This document shows, in pieces, positions 59,693-61,441 of a stretch of 61,441 bases of DNA; the first letter of the stretch is position 1; each line of letters starts with the position of its first letter. Source of the stretch: a virus (lineage: Duplodnaviria; Caudoviricetes); the IMG/VR virus record IMGVR_UViG_3300020463_000022, positions 1-61,441 of that record; one strand, given 5' to 3'. Under the pieces are notes generated by a model. It had not been told where the DNA came from. It did no database searches and saw nothing but the letters and a program-made list of their open reading frames with translations. A program made the translations under genes and the position numbers.

Positions 59693-59828
59693 AGTAATAG
59701 ACGCAGAGGTAATAATACCTCTTTGCCAACGTTTCGACCTACCGATGTTTCACAACATTGGAATGAAAGAAACTAAACGCTCAAATCTAAGGTCTCGTCA
59801 GCATTACTCGATCTGATTAGCTTTCATC
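59693..59828 (-). ncRNA. Type I hammerhead ribozyme
   Basis: Minus strand reads AGUAAUG-CUGACGA-GACCU-[49 nt]-AGGUC-GAAA-CG...AGAGGUA/UACCUCU...CGUC/UAUUACU. All core nucleotides are present (C3-A9, G10.1-C11.1, G12-A15.1, GUC17). Predicted cleavage is between 59700 and 59699. Confidence 0.9.
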
Positions 59829-59849
59829 AATCTTTAAATATATATGTAT

Positions 59850-60050
59850 AGACGGCATTTAGCCGTAGTCCCTGTCTCCAACTGGAGGAGGATGTAGTCA
59901 ACATTGGGAGCGAGCGCTCGACCACCATGCCTATTTTGGCAATCGTTGATAAGAAGTCTGAGTGTGTGTCTCACAACTCTTGGGCTGTTAACCTGACTGC
60001 TTCTCTTCAGCCGTCTTCAGTAATCTACAGGTAAGCACCCGTCCAAAAGA
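59850..60050 (-). ncRNA. Putative structured RNA domain upstream of the hammerhead
   Basis: GC-enriched with no listed ORF. Nested helices AGACGGC/GCCGUCU, UCAACgAUUG/CAAUGUUGA, UGCC/GGCA, CUCCA/UGGAG and GAGU-UGUG/CACA-C-ACUC. Confidence 0.5.
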
Positions 60051-60054
60051 CAAC

Positions 60055-60086
60055 CAAATATATATATAAGGTTCGAATCTACCAAA
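60055..60086 (-). promoter_or_regulatory. Early promoter TTTG-N20-TATATTTG
   Basis: Perfect Bacteroidota -33/-7 consensus; predicted TSS near 60050. Confidence 0.8.
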
Positions 60087-60456
60087 CCACAATGATATTA
60101 TTTTACATTGTTGGTACATGGGCATCTTGTATTATACGCTCTCCAGTTAACGACCTTTAATTTGTAACTACCTTATATTCAGTTAGATAAAATTCTACAT
60201 GACTTTACTTTACTGATCTTATAGTAGTAGTGTAGTGTGATTATCACTTAGTGTAACTTAGTTGGTATTAGGGTTATTGTCTTACAACTAGTATTACTTG
60301 ATAGTTGTTCTAATAGGGTCGTATATCGTAACAAAAAGGTAAAAACTTTGTGTAACTGGATACTAAAACATAGGTGCAGTAGGTCTGACAAACCACTTTT
60401 CTGTGTGCGTGTGCGTTCTATATTATATATATAACCCAAATACTCAATATTTCTAG

Positions 60457-60530
60457 TGTGGCGTAAAAATGTATCATTTAAGTGTATTATATATATAGTG
60501 TGCAGCTAAATGATACAAAAACCCGCCACA
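60457..60530. repeat. Interrupted inverted repeat around a TA tract
   Basis: TGTGGCG..TGTATCATTTA-[26 nt]-TAAATGATACA..CGCCACA. Confidence 0.75.
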
Positions 60531-60548
60531 TGTTTCTTATATTCTTCT

Positions 60549-60556
60549 TATCTTTG
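60549..60556 (+). promoter_or_regulatory. -7 box TATCTTTG
   Basis: 22 nt before the ATG at 60579, at the head of the + strand operon. Confidence 0.6.
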
Positions 60557-60578
60557 TATCAAATAAAAGCTCTGTTAA

Positions 60579-60731
60579 ATGATCAATATAGTTATACAAC
60601 CTCCATACGCTCTTATGGTAGGTTTAGAAGGCGTTGTAAACGAAGAAAAAAAGGTTTCTGGAGTTATAATTCATCTATTATTAGTTTCGATAGAATACAA
60701 TTGGGATAATGGTGAGTCAATTTCTATTTGA
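60579..60731 (+). CDS. Small hypothetical protein (50 aa)
   Basis: MINIVIQPPYALMVGLEG..., read directly from the sequence. Confidence 0.55.
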   Translation: MINIVIQPPYALMVGLEGVVNEEKKVSGVIIHLLLVSIEYNWDNGESISI

Positions 60732-60972
60732 AGCTTCTGTTTTTGGAATTATATTTTTAATACTAAAAAAAATATGGAGTCCCTCTGTGAAATATTGGAT
60801 GGGACAAATAGTTATTGGAATTAACATATTTGCCTGCCTACTCTATGTGTATGGAATTTATGGTGGCACAATGACTTTAGGACTTGGGTCCTCTAAAATA
60901 CTTCTACACGCTATAGTAGCCATTATAATACATACTCTTTTTACAATACAATCAAGCAATGAACATGAGTGA
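60709..60972 (+). CDS. Three-TM membrane protein
   Basis: 87 aa, hydrophobic. Confidence 0.65.
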   Translation: MVSQFLFEASVFGIIFLILKKIWSPSVKYWMGQIVIGINIFACLLYVYGIYGGTMTLGLGSSKILLHAIVAIIIHTLFTIQSSNEHE

Positions 60973-61051
60973 ACATGTGGTTATTTTATCTCTAGCATTT
61001 GGTTGGATCATTTTTATAGCCATAGGCTGGTTATGGGAAAGAAAATCATAA
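60965..61051 (+). CDS. Single-TM micropeptide (28 aa)
   Basis: MSEHVVILSLAFGWIIFIAIGWLWERKS, overlapping both neighbours. Confidence 0.45.
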   Translation: MSEHVVILSLAFGWIIFIAIGWLWERKS

Positions 61052-61182
61052 AGTGTAGTCAGTGTGACAAAGAGTTTGAAAACGGATATGAATATAGATT
61101 ACATTGGGAGATAAAGCATTTTTATCCATATCTTAAGAAAAACTCTTTTGATATTGAAAGAGCTAAAAAAGATAAGAAATAA
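61033..61182 (+). CDS. C2H2 zinc-finger microprotein (49 aa)
   Basis: C-SQ-C-DKE-F-ENGYE-Y-RL-H-WEIK-H. Confidence 0.7.
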   Translation: MGKKIIKCSQCDKEFENGYEYRLHWEIKHFYPYLKKNSFDIERAKKDKK

Positions 61183-61223
61183 TATAATTGATTACTTTTA
61201 CATTACTTTAATAAAATTTAATT

Positions 61224-61441
61224 ATGATAGAAAAAAACATAGACTTCCATGATGATGCCAAGTCGTCTTTAATAAATGGAATCAATAAAGTTGCTGATGC
61301 TGTAAGCTCTACACTTGGAGCGGCCGGTACGACTGTTATACTAGAGGATCAAACCGGTAGACCTCACATAACTAAAGACGGGGTTACCGTTGCAAAAACA
61401 ATAAACTTATCAGATCCAGTAGAACACCTTGCGGCAGAGAT
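61224..61441 (+). CDS. groEL: GroEL 5' part (continues at nt 1)
   Basis: MIEKNIDFHDDAKSSLINGINKVADAVSSTLGAAGTTVIL...ITKDGVTVAK. Confidence 0.95.
   Translation, partial: MIEKNIDFHDDAKSSLINGINKVADAVSSTLGAAGTTVILEDQTGRPHITKDGVTVAKTINLSDPVEHLAAE
61327..61441. repeat. Terminal overlap, copy 2
   Basis: Matches 1-115 with 2 mismatches. Confidence 0.95.

Noticed and set aside
56192-59704. Repeated ~22-nt motif as a CRISPR array or integron attC sites
   Set aside because: The spacers are whole genes of 400-1000 nt, there is no cas gene or integrase, and there is no attC-type R/L box symmetry. Complementarity to the hammerhead arms explains the conserved bases.
56192-59704. The same motif as a repeated phage promoter (T4 PeSL-like element)
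   Set aside because: Not fully excluded. However, it lacks TAnnTTTG, no phage RNAP or sigma is evident, and variation is limited to changes that keep G-U/Watson-Crick pairing with the ribozyme arms.
60004-60020. Two CUGAAGA heptamers on the - strand as extra hammerhead cores
   Set aside because: No stem II followed by GAAA closes either one.
60030-60090. GGTTCGAATC as a tRNA T-arm (also 55835)
   Set aside because: No cloverleaf or acceptor stem can be built. The sequence is the spacer of a - strand promoter. No tRNA genes were recognised.
60248-60709. Track ORFs 60248-60439 (-) and 60482-60709 (+)
   Set aside because: TTG/GTG starts in a repetitive regulatory region. The ATG ORF 60579-60731 behind a -7 box fits better.
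1-61441. Stop-codon reassignment as seen in some crAss-like phages
   Set aside because: Genes are long and tightly packed under the standard code, and TAG is used as a real stop (24424, 34046).

Overview
A complete, circularly assembled dsDNA phage genome with a unit length of 61,326 bp; 61327-61441 repeats 1-115 with 2 mismatches. The host is very probably a Bacteroidota (Flavobacteriia-type) bacterium: TAnnTTTG -7 promoter boxes are frequent, ribosome-binding regions are A-rich without Shine-Dalgarno sequences, and a DUF3127-like SSB is present. The + strand carries groEL (split across the assembly junction) and groES, many tiny basic proteins, an M15 endolysin and holin, a modular tail-fibre/receptor-binding region, terminase, portal, scaffold and capsid. 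It continues with podovirus-type tail proteins (one with about 20 TSP3-like Ca-binding repeats) and large internal virion proteins. The - strand carries nucleases, a primase-helicase, an initiator, a DnaA-domain-IV-like protein, Sak/exonuclease/SSB recombination genes and an array of small early genes. Main finding: the 5' leader of the - strand early operon contains one full-consensus type I hammerhead ribozyme (59693-59828). Six further core-less copies of only its substrate strand (hairpin-AACGUC/UAUUAYUAA) lie 25-26 nt upstream of six downstream early genes. The ribozyme's stem III arm (ACGUUGG) matches these remote sites better than its own site. This suggests one catalytic RNA that cuts a polycistronic phage mRNA into gene-sized pieces, in trans or by long-range cis action. 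The base pairings are read directly from the sequence, while activity is inference. All protein family calls come from motif recognition and gene order, not database searches.
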